A DNA stretch of 40,902 bases from Octopus bimaculoides (lineage: Eukaryota), in assembly GCF_001194135.2 (NCBI RefSeq), contig NC_068981.1:102150319-102191220 (forward strand), in the 5' to 3' direction. Every line of letters starts with the position of its first letter. Position 1 is the first letter of the stretch. The notes beneath the pieces are model-generated. The model was not told where the DNA came from. It did no database searches and saw only the letters and a list, made by a program, of their open reading frames with translations. The position numbers were made by a program, and so were the translations under genes. Of the stretch, positions 22,860 through 35,516 are shown one piece after another.

Positions 22860-23045
22860 ATGAGCTGCACAAGTCCAGAGCCAACTCCTTGCTTTCATTC
22901 CCAGCAGAGCAGCAATGTGTGACCTGCGGCAGAACCTTCCAAGCACATATTGGTATTGGCCTGATCAGCCACAGCCAAATGCATCACGACCCATCTTCTC
23001 CCATGTGATGCCACAGCCATCATCAACAATGACAAATGAACATTA
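22860..23045 (+). mobile_element. RTE-BovB-type LINE 3' end
   Basis: HKSRANS..QCVTCGRTFQAH(IG)IGLISHSQMH resembles the BovB C-terminal CxxC..IGLISH..H finger, followed by a short 3' UTR. Confidence 0.8.
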
Positions 23046-23566
23046 TTATATATACATACACAAAGTAAAACTAAATGAATTTTTGTCAGTTCTTATGATG
23101 ACTATTCTGTTGTTCAATCAATTGATCTACCTGCTTATTGAATTAGCAAATAAGTAAGTGAACATTCCACAGACAGATGTACCTTCATGTGCTAGATTCC
23201 AGTATGATGTTGTGTGACTATTAAATAACAGGTATAGTCTATTTAATGGGCTTCTACACAGTTTTTATCTACCCAGTTTTACTCACAGGGGTTGGGCGAA
23301 CCCAATGTTATAGAAGACACTAACCCAAGGGGCCACACAGTAAGATCAGAACCATGACTGGGAAGTAAACTTGTTAGTCATTCAACCATGTTGTGTCTAT
23401 ATAATGCACACATATATATGTACATAGCTTCATATTCATGTACACATACACACAAACATCTATACATACATATACAAATATTCATAAACATATATATATA
23501 TATATAATACACACACATATACACATGCACACATATATACACACAGATAAGTAAATATCTATAAAC

Positions 23567-23605
<39 letters not shown>

Positions 23606-24171
23606 CACACACACACACATACAAATATACATATACATAATGTATATATTACACATAAACACACACACTCACACACACACATTTTCAGACTACCACCACA
23701 CCTGCTTGCATTGTAGCTTGTACTGCCACTACTACTATTACTACTACTACTGCTGCTTCTCTTTTTTCTTTTTCTTACACTTTCCTTTTTTTTACCTTAT
23801 TTGTTATCTGTCTTATTCGTAGTCATTCATCTTCCCGAGTTTACTTATCTTTCTCTCCATCGCTTCTGTTATGTCCTGTCTTTTACTCAGCATTTCTTAA
23901 TTACTCTCCTTCGTTCTACATCTTCCATTCATCTTTTCAAACTCCTTATCAATTTGTCTTCTGCACCATTCATTACTGTGCTCCTCATATATTTCCTGGC
24001 ACACACTATTGTCCATCCCTATCAAGGATATCTATCTCGGTTTCTTTTCTTGCCCATAACTTTCTTTTCAACAAATTATATGGAGAACGTTTTTACAAAT
24101 GCTTACAAAAACAAAGATAACCATAGGAATGTGTATATGTCTCCTTATAAGTGTGTGTGTACATATAGATT

Positions 24172-24216
<45 letters not shown>

Positions 24217-24974
24217 ACACACACACACATATATNNNNNNNNNNACACATACACACACACACACACATATATATACGTATACACACACACATATACGTAT
24301 ACATACAAACACACACACACACACACATATATATAATAGCTGATATAAATGTTAGTTCCTTGGCTAGTTGGTTTCTTCAATCATGCTTCACATTGTATAG
24401 AAAGAAAGATACAGTGAGAGACAAAGAGTGCCATTCTAGGCCTGGTGGCAGGCAATGAGTAATTGAACACTATACATACACAGTGAGAGAGAAATAATCA
24501 CAGAGACAGAGGAGGAGGAAGAGTGAGAGTGTGTGTGTGTGTGTGTATTGAGAGAGAGAAAGAGAAAGGGTGAGTGGGTATGAACTTCCATAATATGAAA
24601 TCAGCATGAAGTTTAATTTTTACTTCTTGAATATTGTTTCATTTCATTTTATTTTAAGGTAATGAATATTTTCTTTTTGAAAATTAGTATTCATGACATC
24701 ATGATGATAAAGCACTAAGAAATTTGATAAAAGTTAAATTTATAATTATTGGATATTTACTTTATTTTCTGATATTACCAAGGGTGGCAAAATTATACTT
24801 TCAAAGTTACTTATCATATGATGGGCTTCTTTCAGTTTCCTTTTATGAAATCCACTAGTGAGGTTACAAGGCTTTGGTCAGTGCAGGCTTATAGTAGAAG
24901 ATTCTGCTTGCTCAAGGTGTCATCCAGTAACCTAAAACCTTGTGATTTGCATGTTTGTGTATCTTTAATCTTTC

Positions 24975-25165
24975 ATCTTTTCCTTGTTTTAGTCATTAGA
25001 CCATGGCCATACTGGGGCAGTCTTGAATGGCTTACAGACAAATTGATCCCAGTAGTTAGCTTTGTTTACACCTGGTGTTTTTTCTATCAGACCCTTCTTT
25101 TCCCAAACTACTAAGTCATAGGGATGTACACAAACCAATACTAGTAGTCAAGCAGTGGTGGGGGT

Positions 25166-25199
<34 letters not shown>

Positions 25200-25350
25200 G
25201 CTTCTTTTAGTTTCCATTCATAAAATCTGCTCACAAGGCTTTGGTCAGCCCAGCATTGTAGCAGAAGAGACTTGACTAAAGTGTCATACAGTAGGACTGA
25301 ACCCAGTACCATGTGGATGGGAAGCAAGCTTCTTACCACACAGCTACAAA
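24975..25350 (-). mobile_element. Family A SINE (additional partial copies at ~23245-23395 and 24818-24930)
   Basis: Head, core, internal (CA)n and tail all recognisable on the minus strand. Confidence 0.8.
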
Positions 25351-25714
25351 TGTACATACACATACATATACACATATATATAATTAAGCAAACAGGTAAA
25401 ATGTACAGGACATACTACAAACAAGCTCACCATACACTTTCATTAGATGTTAACTGAAGGTCAAGGCAAGTTTTGCACATTAACCAAAATGTGTGTATGT
25501 GTGATTTTACTTAGATGGCTTTGTTACATGTTTTTGCATTGTGTGTGTGCGTGTGCATGTGCACGTGTGTACATGTATGTATCTGCATACTGTATGTTGT
25601 TTATTCATGTATGTCAGTGCTTGGTGGTTAGTTCACTGTGCAGCAAATTTAAACATTTGACATTCTTCTGGTTTTTCTTTCCAAAGATATATTAAGCATG
25701 CCATATAAATTTAT

Positions 25715-25755
<41 letters not shown>

Positions 25756-25937
25756 CTCACATACATACACACTCACATACATACATAGATTCATTAACTC
25801 ACTCACTCACTCAGATACTCACTCACACATTCACTCACACTCATACAGACAGACATTCAGACTGGCATGGAAAAAAGATGTAAGTTGAATGAACAAATGT
25901 AATATATATATATATGCATATATATACACGCACACAT

Positions 25938-25968
<31 letters not shown>

Positions 25969-26046
25969 AATATACAAAAACACACATATGCATGGGTATA
26001 TGTATGTGTGTATGTTTGATTTTGTGTATGTGAGCGCATTACTTAC

Positions 26047-26146
26047 ATGTGTGCGCAAAAATACAGATCTGCTCAAAACAGATACATTTTCAGGAAGTAG
26101 TGAATATGCTATTATATCCATTTTATGTCTGGCCTTGTTTGCAAAT
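26047..26146 (-). CDS. Candidate exon (FANKARHKMDIIAYSLLPENVSVLSRSVFLRTH)
   Basis: cgaatatttatttcag acceptor, CAT|GTAAGT donor, 100 nt with one open frame. Internal AAAATGG is a possible start. Confidence 0.5.
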
Positions 26147-26240
26147 CTGAAATAAATATTCGATGCTGAAGTAGGTTTCACTATAGTTCTTAGCATCGGC
26201 TACGTTTTGACACATCACTGAAAGAGTCTCCATGACTTAC

Positions 26241-26270
26241 AGTCTCGGTGGTTTGAAGATGATTTATATG
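26241..26270 (-). other. 30-nt exon-like segment (possibly 5' UTR or microexon)
   Basis: ttcttctatcattacag|CATATAAATCATCTTCAAACCACCGAGACT|gtaagt. The frame joining the long frame of 26047-26146 contains TAA. Confidence 0.35.
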
Positions 26271-26504
26271 CTGTAATGATAGAAGAATACTTACTAAAAG
26301 AACTAAAATTAAAAGCTAACCACAAAGTAAAAACAGTCTCATCCTTCAACTTTGACATGTTTTCAGATTTGAGAATAATGGAGTGATAAGTTCTATGAAA
26401 TTATATATTAGTACATTGAGGAAATCATAAAAGGAAATAGACCTAATGGTTAACCCTTTCATGATAACGTTTCTAATGAAATACCACTGCCAATATCTTT
26501 TATA

Positions 26505-26906
26505 TTTTACTTGTTTTAGTCATTAGATTGCAGCCATGCTGGAGCACCACCTTGAAGAATTTTTAGTCAAATGAATCGACCCCAGTACTTATTTTTTTTT
26601 GTAAAGCATATTACTTATTGTATTGATATCTTTTTGCCGAAATGTTAAGTTATGAGGACATAAACACATCAACACTAGTTCTTAAGCAGTGGTGAGGGAC
26701 AAAGACAGATATAGAGACACACAGATGTATAAATATATATGAGATGGGCTTCTTTCAGTTTCTGTCTACCAAATCCATTCACAAGGCTTTGGTCAGCCCA
26801 AGGCTATAGCAGAAGATATTTACTCAAGTTTCCATGTAGTGGGACTGAATCTAAAACTATGTGGTTAGGAAGCAAGCTTCTCACCACACAGACACACCTG
26901 CACCTA
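26505..26906 (-). mobile_element. Family A SINE, near full length
   Basis: Head AGGTGCAGGTGTGTCTGTGTGGTGAG on the minus strand, core, and tail CATGGCTGCAATCTAATGACTAAAACAAGT. Confidence 0.85.
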
Positions 26907-27248
26907 CGTGTAAATGGATTTTGATAATTATCAAGTATTTGGAGGAATTTGATAAAATAACCAACTTTTGCATCACTCTTTTAATACTATATTTTTGTTG
27001 AAATATACTATGTTTCAATTGATTTTGAGAATAATGAAGAATTTAATAAAATAACTTGGTCATTATAGGCACAGTCATAGATTTGTGGTTAAGCAGTTAA
27101 CTTTGCAGCCATATGGTTTCAAGTTCCTCCCACTGCGTGGAATCTTTTGCAAGTGACTTCTACTTGAAATCCTAGGCCAACCAAAGCCATCAGAGTGAAT
27201 TTAATAAATAGAAACTGTGAAAGCCTGTCATATATATGCACATATATA

Positions 27249-27788
27249 CTGTGAAATGGGGTTACTTTGAAACACCAGGGTAACTTTGAACGAAATATAA
27301 TATTTTGTTTCCTCTTTATATCACAGCTCAAGGTCGCACAGTAACACAATTTAAAAACAATTTACCTTCAGCTGAATGGGCTAATTCAGTTTTAAAGCAA
27401 AACAAATCCCAATTAGTATCATACCTGTGCCAAAATATCAAAAGATCCTGAGCATGTACTACAGAAGTATCTTCGTACGTCCAGCACTAAAAAGCGACTC
27501 TTACAGTTGATGGAAAACTTTCCCTCCAAATAACATACTCAACTTTTGAACATAAGTAAAAAAAACATTACTGTTCAAAGTAACCCCAAATCAGGGGTTA
27601 CTTTGAACAGCAACAATTATATAAAAAAAGTAATCAAATACATTGACTGCAGCTTATTTTTATATCATATATCAGTTTACCTATTTAGTACCCCCTAACA
27701 TAATCAAATTTAGTTAAGAATGAAAAAAGGCTTATGAAATTATTGTAATAAGAAGCCTAAAACTGTTCAAAGTAACCCCGTTTCACGG
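27249..27788. mobile_element. pogo/Tigger-like MITE (540 bp) with TA TSD
   Basis: TIRs CTGTGAAATGGGGTTACTTTGAA / TTCAAAGTAACCCCGTTTCACGG (21 of 23 match), TA at 27247-48 and 27789-90, no ORF. Confidence 0.85.
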
Positions 27789-28099
27789 TATATGTATATG
27801 GAACCAGGGGCAGCCACAGGTATATGTATATATGTATGAAACCAGGGGTAGCCACAGGCAAGTTGGTATAAAAAGGGTTTGATTAGCTGATGTTTAGCTT
27901 ATAACTGATGGAGAGTGTCTGAAAATATTGAATTATATTAATTTAAATATCTACACTTTAATCTTTTTGATATCAAGCAGTTTGAAACTGCCTCTAGTTC
28001 TATGGTACAAACTTCTTGTTACAAGATGTTCTAAATTAAAACTTCTATTAATATTTCATGCTAATCTTTTGTTCCAAACACCAGCTTAATAATAATAAT

Positions 28100-28922
28100 A
28101 GTTTAAAATTTTGGTACAATTCCAGTAATTTCAGGGGAGTGTGGTAAATCAATTACATTGACTCCAGTGCTCAACTGGTACTTGTTTTATCAATCCCAAA
28201 AAGATGAAAGGCAAAATTGACTTCAGTGGAATTTGAACCAGGAATGTAAAGAGAGAAGAAATGCCACTGAGCATTTTATCCAGCCCCACCTTCAACATTA
28301 GCTTAATAATGATTTCAAATTTTGTCACAAAGACAGTAATTTCAGGGGAGGGTAAGTCGATTACATCGACCCCAGTGTTCAACTAATACTTATTTTATCG
28401 AACCCAAAAAGATAAAAGGCAAAGTTGGATTTCAGTGGAATTTGAACTCAGAGAGTGAGGACAGATGAAATGCCGCTAAACATTTTGCTTGGCATGCTAA
28501 TGATTCTACCAGCTCACTGCCTTACACTAGCTTAACAATGACACTTTTTTATTGAGACAGACAAACTTCAAGCAGACTTGGGGAAGAGAAGGCATGCCAC
28601 TGATGAGATTGTGAATGGCAACCTAGCTGATTTATTGATTGGTCAAATGATTAATCAAATAGTCAATTTGTTCATTGCTTAAATGTTAATGAATTGACTA
28701 CTAATGATAATAATGGTTTCAAATTTTTGCACAAGGCCAGCAACTTTGGGGGTAAGTCAATTGCATTGACCCTAGTACTCAACTGGTACTTATTTCATTA
28801 ACCCTGAAAGGATGAAAGGCAAAGTCAACCTCAGCGGAATTTGAACTCAGAACATAAGGACAGACCAAATGTCGCTAAGCATTTTGCCCCGTGTGCTAAC
28901 AATTCTGTCAGCTTGCCGCCTT
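28100..28922 (-). mobile_element. Three same-orientation Nin/Inv-like SINE copies (~28100-28290, 28309-28523, 28713-28922)
   Basis: Each has GATTACAT(C/T)GAC(C/T)CCAGT..GATGAAAGGCAAA..GGAATTTGAAC..AAATGCC/GTC. Confidence 0.88.
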
Positions 28923-29349
28923 AATAATAATGATAAAAAGAAGTGAAACAGAACCAGTGCATGTATTGGCATTATGATCCTCTCATGATACAACAAAATG
29001 CTTCAACACACAAGTTTACATTAACATTCACGCAAACCAAATCAAAAATGAAATATTTATTAACTTTGCCTATATTTCAATTCATTTTGAAAATAATAAA
29101 AGTGTATTTAAACAGAAATACAGAGACAATATAGAATTTTTGTATTAAAGAACTAGAAGCATTCTCAGATGGGTTGATATGAAAAGGATTAAATATTAAT
29201 CTAAATATGATGCATTTTCCACTGTATTTTATGTGTATTTAGTTAGAACAAAATTTTTTGTAAAGTTATCTAAGAAATATACTTGAAACAACTGAAATTT
29301 AAAGAGAAACCAAAAAAAAAAAAAAAAAAAAAAGAAAAGAAAATTATAT

Positions 29350-30320
29350 GAACATGGCTGTGTGGTTAAGAAGCTCACTTTGCAACCACATGGTCTCAGG
29401 TTCTGTCCTACTGTGAAGTGCCTTGGACAAATATACTCTACTATAGCCCTGTGCTGACAAATGCCTTATGAATGAATTTGATAGATGGCAACTGTGTGGA
29501 GGTCAGCCATATGTGTGTGTGTGTGTGTACAGGTGTTCATATGTGTCTTTGACCCCTTCCACCATTTGACAACCTGTGTTGCTTTGTTTATATCCTTATA
29601 AGTAACTTGCTTCTCATAGACCAGTATCCTGGTTTTAAATATATCTAATGACATGCACTGAGCCTCAAATATTGCTACTTGGAGTTACATGGCATGTTAT
29701 ATAAAAATCTGCCAATTTATTGTATCTCTACAGCATGAAACTATTATTAGCTGTTTTGCAATAAATTATTTATGTATATGTGTAAAAGCAACTGTGCGGC
29801 ACCATGCAAAAGTGCCTGTACAGAGCCATGTAAAAGCAGCCAGCACACATTGTATTAGGGAGGGCATCCAGTTGTAGAAATCATGCCAAATCAGACTGAA
29901 ATATGGTGGTTCTGGGTTCAGTCCCACTGCTTGGCACCTAGGGCAAGTGCGTTTCCCACACAGCTCTGGACAGATCAATGCCATGTGAGTGAATTTGGTA
30001 AACAAGAACTGTGCGGGGGCCCAGCTTGTGTGTGTGTGTGTGTGTGTGTTTGCATGAGTGTGTATGTGTGTTTGCAGTGTATGTGCATGTGTGTGTATGT
30101 GTTCGTGTGTGCACTTATGTGTGTGTGTGTGTCTTTCACCACTGCTTGACAACTAATACTGGTCAGTTTACACCCCAATAACTTAGTAGTTCAGCAAAAG
30201 CAACTGATAGAATAAGTACCAGATTTTAAAAATAAGTATTAAGATCAATTTGTTCAACTAAAAACCCTTTAAAACAATGCTCCAGTATGGCCGTGATCCA
30301 ATGACTGAAAGAAATAAAGG
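29350..30320 (+). mobile_element. Two family A SINEs (~29350-29640, 29905-30320) flanking an RTE 3' UTR fragment (~29770-29900)
   Basis: SINE heads, cores and tails, plus the GGAGGGCATCCAGTTGTAGAAA RTE UTR motif. Confidence 0.75.
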
Positions 30321-30650
30321 ATATGGGATCCTATAGCGTACCATCTTGGGCAATTGTCTTCTACCATAGCTTCAGACCACACCAAGCTCTGTGAGTAGTA
30401 CTGGGTAGTGTTAAACTATGTGGATTTCCATTAGACTGTGCCTAGTCTAGCATTTGTCAAGGCTGTCCAGGAAAACAGTTTAAGGGTACAAGTATCTGTG
30501 GAATATTCAACCACTTAAATTATAATAGAATAAGCTTTTGTAGACCAAATAACTGGAACACATGTTCATTGAAACTGACTCAATACCCATATGTATAAAC
30601 TGAATGATTTTCCATTAGAGCACTTAAGTCATATAAGATTAAGTACATAC

Positions 30651-30694
30651 TCTCTATAAATATTTCACTTTCGTTCCAAGAAATGATTAGAAAT
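30651..30694 (-). CDS. Weak candidate exon (FLIISWNESEIFIE)
   Basis: catgtttcaaag acceptor, GTATGT donor, single open frame, in phase with 31686-31744. Confidence 0.25.
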
Positions 30695-30799
30695 CTTTGA
30701 AACATGAAAAATTATGTAATTCATGTGGAATGAAGACTTCATGAAAATATGAAATATTTTCATTCATATATGAATATATACATCCGTAAACATACACAT

Positions 30800-30873
30800 A
30801 CATGGATGGATGGATGGCTGGATGGATAGATAGACAGAGATAGATAGACTGGCAGATAAATAGACAAATAGAG

Positions 30874-30914
<41 letters not shown>

Positions 30915-30965
30915 TAGCTAGATAAACAGATAGATAGATGTAGATAGATAAACAGATAGATAGAT

Positions 30966-30999
<34 letters not shown>

Positions 31000-31418
31000 C
31001 GGACAGATAAACAGAGATAGATAGATAGATAGATAGATAGACGGACAAATAAACAGAGATAGATAGATAGACGGACAGATAAACAGAGATAGATAGATAG
31101 ACGGACAAATAAACAGAGATAGATAGATAGACGGACAGATAAACAGAGATAGATAGATAGACGGACAGATAAACAGAGATAGATAGATAGACGGACAGAT
31201 AAACAGAGATAGATAGATAGACGGACAGATAAATATAGATAGATAGATGGACAGATAAACAGAAATACATAGATAGATAGATAGATAGACAAACAGAGAC
31301 AGATAAAGATAGATAGATAGATAGATAGATAGACAGATAAACAGAGATAGATAGATAGATAGATAGACAGATAGATAGATAAACAGAGAAAGACAGACAT
31401 AGATAGACAGAGATAGAC

Positions 31419-31466
<48 letters not shown>

Positions 31467-31520
31467 GGATAAATAGATAAATGGATAGACAGGAAAATGG
31501 ATAGACAGACATAGACACAT
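30800..31520. repeat. (GATA)n satellite with 30-bp higher-order unit
   Basis: AGATAGATAGACGGACAGATAAACAGAGAT repeated about 7 times (~31000-31260). Confidence 0.95.
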
Positions 31521-31685
31521 ACACACACATATTTAAAATTACACCAAACAATGCAGAATATTAGAAGAGAGTTCATTTAAAATTATATGACAGAATCAGT
31601 TCAATAGATCACCCACAGAGCTGTGATTGAAAATAAGTATACCTATGACTGTACATATGACACTATCAGAAATATTTGAATGTAC

Positions 31686-31744
31686 CGCACAAATGAATCT
31701 TCAGATTTTGGCAATAATTTAGTGTCCAAAACCATTAGTGATTG
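31686..31744 (-). CDS. Weak candidate exon (QSLMVLDTKLLPKSEDSFV)
   Basis: tttagactctcaatag acceptor, GTACAT donor, 59 nt. Confidence 0.22.
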
Positions 31745-31953
31745 CTATTGAGAGTCTAAATCTGAGAGAGCTTATAAGTAAATAAAATTCTGAGGAAGAT
31801 ATGGCTTCTGCAAGCAGCAGTGAAGGTAACCCATGCAGAAAGGCAATAACTCTGGAAATAATCAGCATGAGTGAGACATGGCAACAGTAAGAGCAGTTAA
31901 CTTTGAACAAAAATCAATATGGAGGAGACATGAATTTTGAAAATTGCAGCAAA

Positions 31954-32790
31954 TGTTGTGTCATCCCATAAATAATGTGGGTTTTTTTAATACTTCTTTT
32001 ATTTTTCAAAATTAAGATAAACGAATGTCATTTTTAATCTAAAATATACTCTCCTTCATTTTATACAATGCTCTTCCATCTATCTGGTAGACTTGCAAGG
32101 CCCCTCTTCCAAAATTCACTTGTCCATGATGAAAAATACTCCTCCAGTACTGTTCTGACCTTATCTACAGAATTCATATTTTTTTCCTCCCAAATGATTT
32201 TGAAGACTGGAGAATAAATTATAATCAGATGGGGCAATGTCTGGCAAATATGGTGGATGGGGCATCGTTTCCCATTCAAACTGCTTCAGCCTTTGGAATG
32301 TCATCCTAGCTGTATGTGGCCAAGCATTATTCTGATGGAAGAACACCTTTCGTCTTGAAACCAAAGATGGTCATTTTTCTTTTAGCGCTGATCTAAGCCG
32401 GTCAAGCTGCTCACGGTAGATCTCCTTTGTTATTGTTTGGTTTGAGTTTAAAAGTTCAAAGTGGACTAAACCTTTCATATCCCAACAAACAAGTAACAAC
32501 ACCTTACGTGAGAGAAGACCTTTAGCCAGGGGTGCTGGTGCTTCTCCGTTCCCTACCCAATGTCTTCAGCACTTGACATATTTTATAGAGAACCCAGTCA
32601 TTATTCGGTACAAAAAAGGTTCATTCATGAGACATGACAGCAAAGAAGAGCACACATACACTCTCTGCATGCAGTTAGACTCAAAAGATTTGTGAGGAAC
32701 CCATTGACCCAATTTGCTTACTCTTCCAATGGTATGCAGCTGTCATGCATTATTTTGTAGCTTTGAGATTTTGATGAGGTAACTGCTAAT
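31954..32790 (-). mobile_element. Degenerate DD34D mariner transposon
   Basis: FFHQNNAWPHTARMT..WETMPHPPYLPDIAPSDYNLFSSLQNHL..WKRGLASLPDRWKSIV, 34-residue spacing. TIR-like GTCATCCCATAAATAATG at the left end. Confidence 0.88.
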
Positions 32791-32945
32791 TTTTAGAATG
32801 ACATTGTAGGGTTGGTGTGAGATATGGCCAATTTGAACATAAAACATGTAGAATATTTTGACTGGATATGGCTGGTTTAAATGCTAAAGAGTTAAATATT
32901 ATTAGGAATTGTATTAAAAAACGTTAAAATATTTGGTGTTTTGTA

Positions 32946-33504
32946 CAGGGTGTCCCTAAAGTCTGAACACATTGGAATTCTCAATGAACATGCAACCAGT
33001 GACACTTACCTTGCCATGTTGAGAGACCAGTTAATACCTCAACTTGAAACACTAGGTGAAGGACTTCCCAGCGGCTCCAACAAGATGGTTCCCCCTCCCA
33101 TTTTGCCACAATGGTAAGAGATTGGCTGAATGACAATTATCCTAAATGGATTGGTAGATGTGATCATGTGTAGTGGTCTCCTAGTTCACCAGCCCTTAGC
33201 TCACTTAAATTCTTTTTCTGGGGTATGCTAAAGGAGTAAGTGTACTCAATGAAAATCACAGATGCAACACACTTGATGGAACACACAAAGAATGAATGTG
33301 CTCAAATTGATGGCAGTCTGGAATTATTGCATCAGGTTCATGTAAATCTTGTAAAGCGCAATGACCTTTGTATCACAAATGGTGGAAATCATATTGAAAA
33401 TGTCATTTGTTAATATTTCAATTGAATAAAATGTTGTTGAAAATTTTATGCATATTTCTTGAAAATATTCATTTTGTTTGTGTTCAGACTTCAGGGAAAC
33501 CCTG
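32946..33504 (+). mobile_element. Non-autonomous DD40/41D (rosa/Visitor-like) Tc1-mariner derivative, 559 bp
   Basis: TA|CAGGGTGTCCCTAAAGTCTGAACACA ... TGTGTTCAGACTTCAGGGAAACCCTG|TA. QQDGSPSHFATMVRDWLNDNYPKWIGRCDHV*WSPSSPALSSLKFFFWGMLK. Confidence 0.88.
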
Positions 33505-33699
33505 TAGAAGTATGACTGGTTTACTGCACATACATTTTAACAACAAAATCTTATACGGACTCCCAAGGATAATATGGACCCAAGCTGAGAACCACTGGCC
33601 TAATCTTTCATCACCTATCATAAAGCTGCCACCCTCTCTACTGTAGCCTCTTTCAGTTTATAGACATCTTAGTCTTGCAAGTGACATGACAACCTCATT

Positions 33700-33862
33700 A
33701 GTGTTGGTTCCAACCTCCCTCCCTCCTCAAAGCACCCAGTAACACTCTATAAAAAAAATATGGTTGGCATTAAGAAAGGCATCCAACCATAGAAACTATG
33801 CCAAAACAGATATTGGAACATGGCACAGTTCCCAGACCTGTCAAACCATCCAACCCATGCAA

Positions 33863-33865
<3 letters not shown>
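33700..33865 (+). mobile_element. Degenerate RTE 3' UTR
   Basis: GGTTGGCATTAAGAAAGGCATCCAACCATAGAAAC..CCATCCAACCCATGC. Confidence 0.7.
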
Positions 33866-33919
<54 letters not shown>

Positions 33920-34087
33920 ATAGGCACCGTATGAATATATATTTTCAAGCTTGTGGTAAATATCTAATTGAGGCATGGTTGTTCTTTCCTGTTTCTTTTT
34001 TTCCTCTCCTCATCTATCCTTTCCGCGTAGAAGAACATATGATTGAAGCAAAAGTTTCTTCCAATTTTCCTGAACAANNNNNNNNNN

Positions 34088-34130
<43 letters not shown>

Positions 34131-34235
34131 TATATATATTGTGTATACACACACACACGTACATGCACATATATATAGACACACACACACATGCATAGAT
34201 ACATACATATATATATATATATAGAGTGAGAGAGA

Positions 34236-34480
34236 GGCATATGGCTTAGTGGTTAGGGTGTTGTACTCATGATTGTAAGATTATGGTTTCGATACCTGGA
34301 TTGGGTGATGCATTGTGTTCTTGAGCAAAACACTTCATTTTACATTGTTTCAATCCACTCAGCTAGCAAAAATGAGTAATCCTGTGACAGACTGGCATCT
34401 TGTCCATTGAGGGAACGTAAACATCACAGAATCCAGGAAACTGAACTTATAAGCCTGAGCCTATTGCTCAGGGAAGATCT
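34236..34480 (+). mobile_element. tRNA SINE with V-like central box
   Basis: TGGCTTAGTGGTTAGG, GGTTTCGATACC, CTTGAGCAAAACACTT..CCACTCAGCTAG..CCTGTGACAGACTGGCATCTTGTCC. Confidence 0.8.
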
Positions 34481-35465
34481 TTGATCTTTTAGTCATATAC
34501 ATTCATATATATTTACACACACACACACACATTTCTACAGTTCAAACACAACACATCTACGAGAACCGATATCTCAGATTCTCTTCCCAGATATGGCCAG
34601 AATGATGAAGAAAGCACTCAACAATTGAAAATTTACATTACAATATTCAGATGTTAAATAGATAGGAACAGTGAAACATGAAAATAAATGTTTCACAATA
34701 ATTCAAAGGAAATGGTTCAAATAGATATCAAAGCTTCATTGTTGTCCCAACATAGTGTGAGCTTTCCACTACTCACTACGTAAATGTAAACCAACAATCC
34801 AGCTTCTTCATGACCTGCTAGGAATAGCAGCTAAATGTGACTCAAATCTCGATTCAGTATTCAAAAAAAAAAATATGAAACAATACACTGTAGAATATCC
34901 TAAATACTACAGAATGGAATAGCAAATGCTGGATCATCTTTTATCACAGGTTTCCTAAATCAGAGTTCACATAGGGGCTAAACAGTAACAACAAAAACAC
35001 ATGCATTCATTTGATATGCTATAAATAGCAGCCAAAATTCTTCCTGCCATATTAATAAGAAAGAGCACATTAGATATTGTAGCCCTGGAGAATATAATGT
35101 ATCCAAACAAGATGGAATGGTCAGGAATGGGATTCCTTTGATCATCAATATCTTTGAACAAAGCTGATCTGGGGCTAAACAAGAGCAACAATGTGTAAAC
35201 ACACATGCCACATGCCTGTGCATTGATCTGTGTATGTAAAGATGTCTGCTTTGAAGTACAGTGCTGTAGACACAACACGACTGTAACTGCATGTATATAC
35301 ATCTGTTTCCATCACTGTATATTTATGTGAACATGTTCAGATATGTGTCTGTGCATGCATCTGTAGATGTATAGTTGTGAGTATCTACAGAGAGAGAGAG
35401 AGGGAAGGAGGGAGGGAAAGAGAGAGAAGGGTGGAGGGAGAATGCATGCACATATGTGCGTTTAC

Positions 35466-35516
35466 ATCTGGGTTAAAAGGATGCCAAGGTAGAGGGAGGT
35501 GATGCATGTAGTAAAC
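35466..35516 (-). CDS. Candidate exon (VYYMHHLPLPWHPFNPD or FTTCITSLYLGILLTQ)
   Basis: attattgattttag acceptor, GAT|GTAAAC donor, 51 nt. Confidence 0.25.

Noticed and set aside
34967-35302. Two overlapping 104-111 aa minus-strand ORFs as a gene
   Set aside because: No recognisable homology and no convincing donor site. Could still be part of the cryptic gene but is unsupported.
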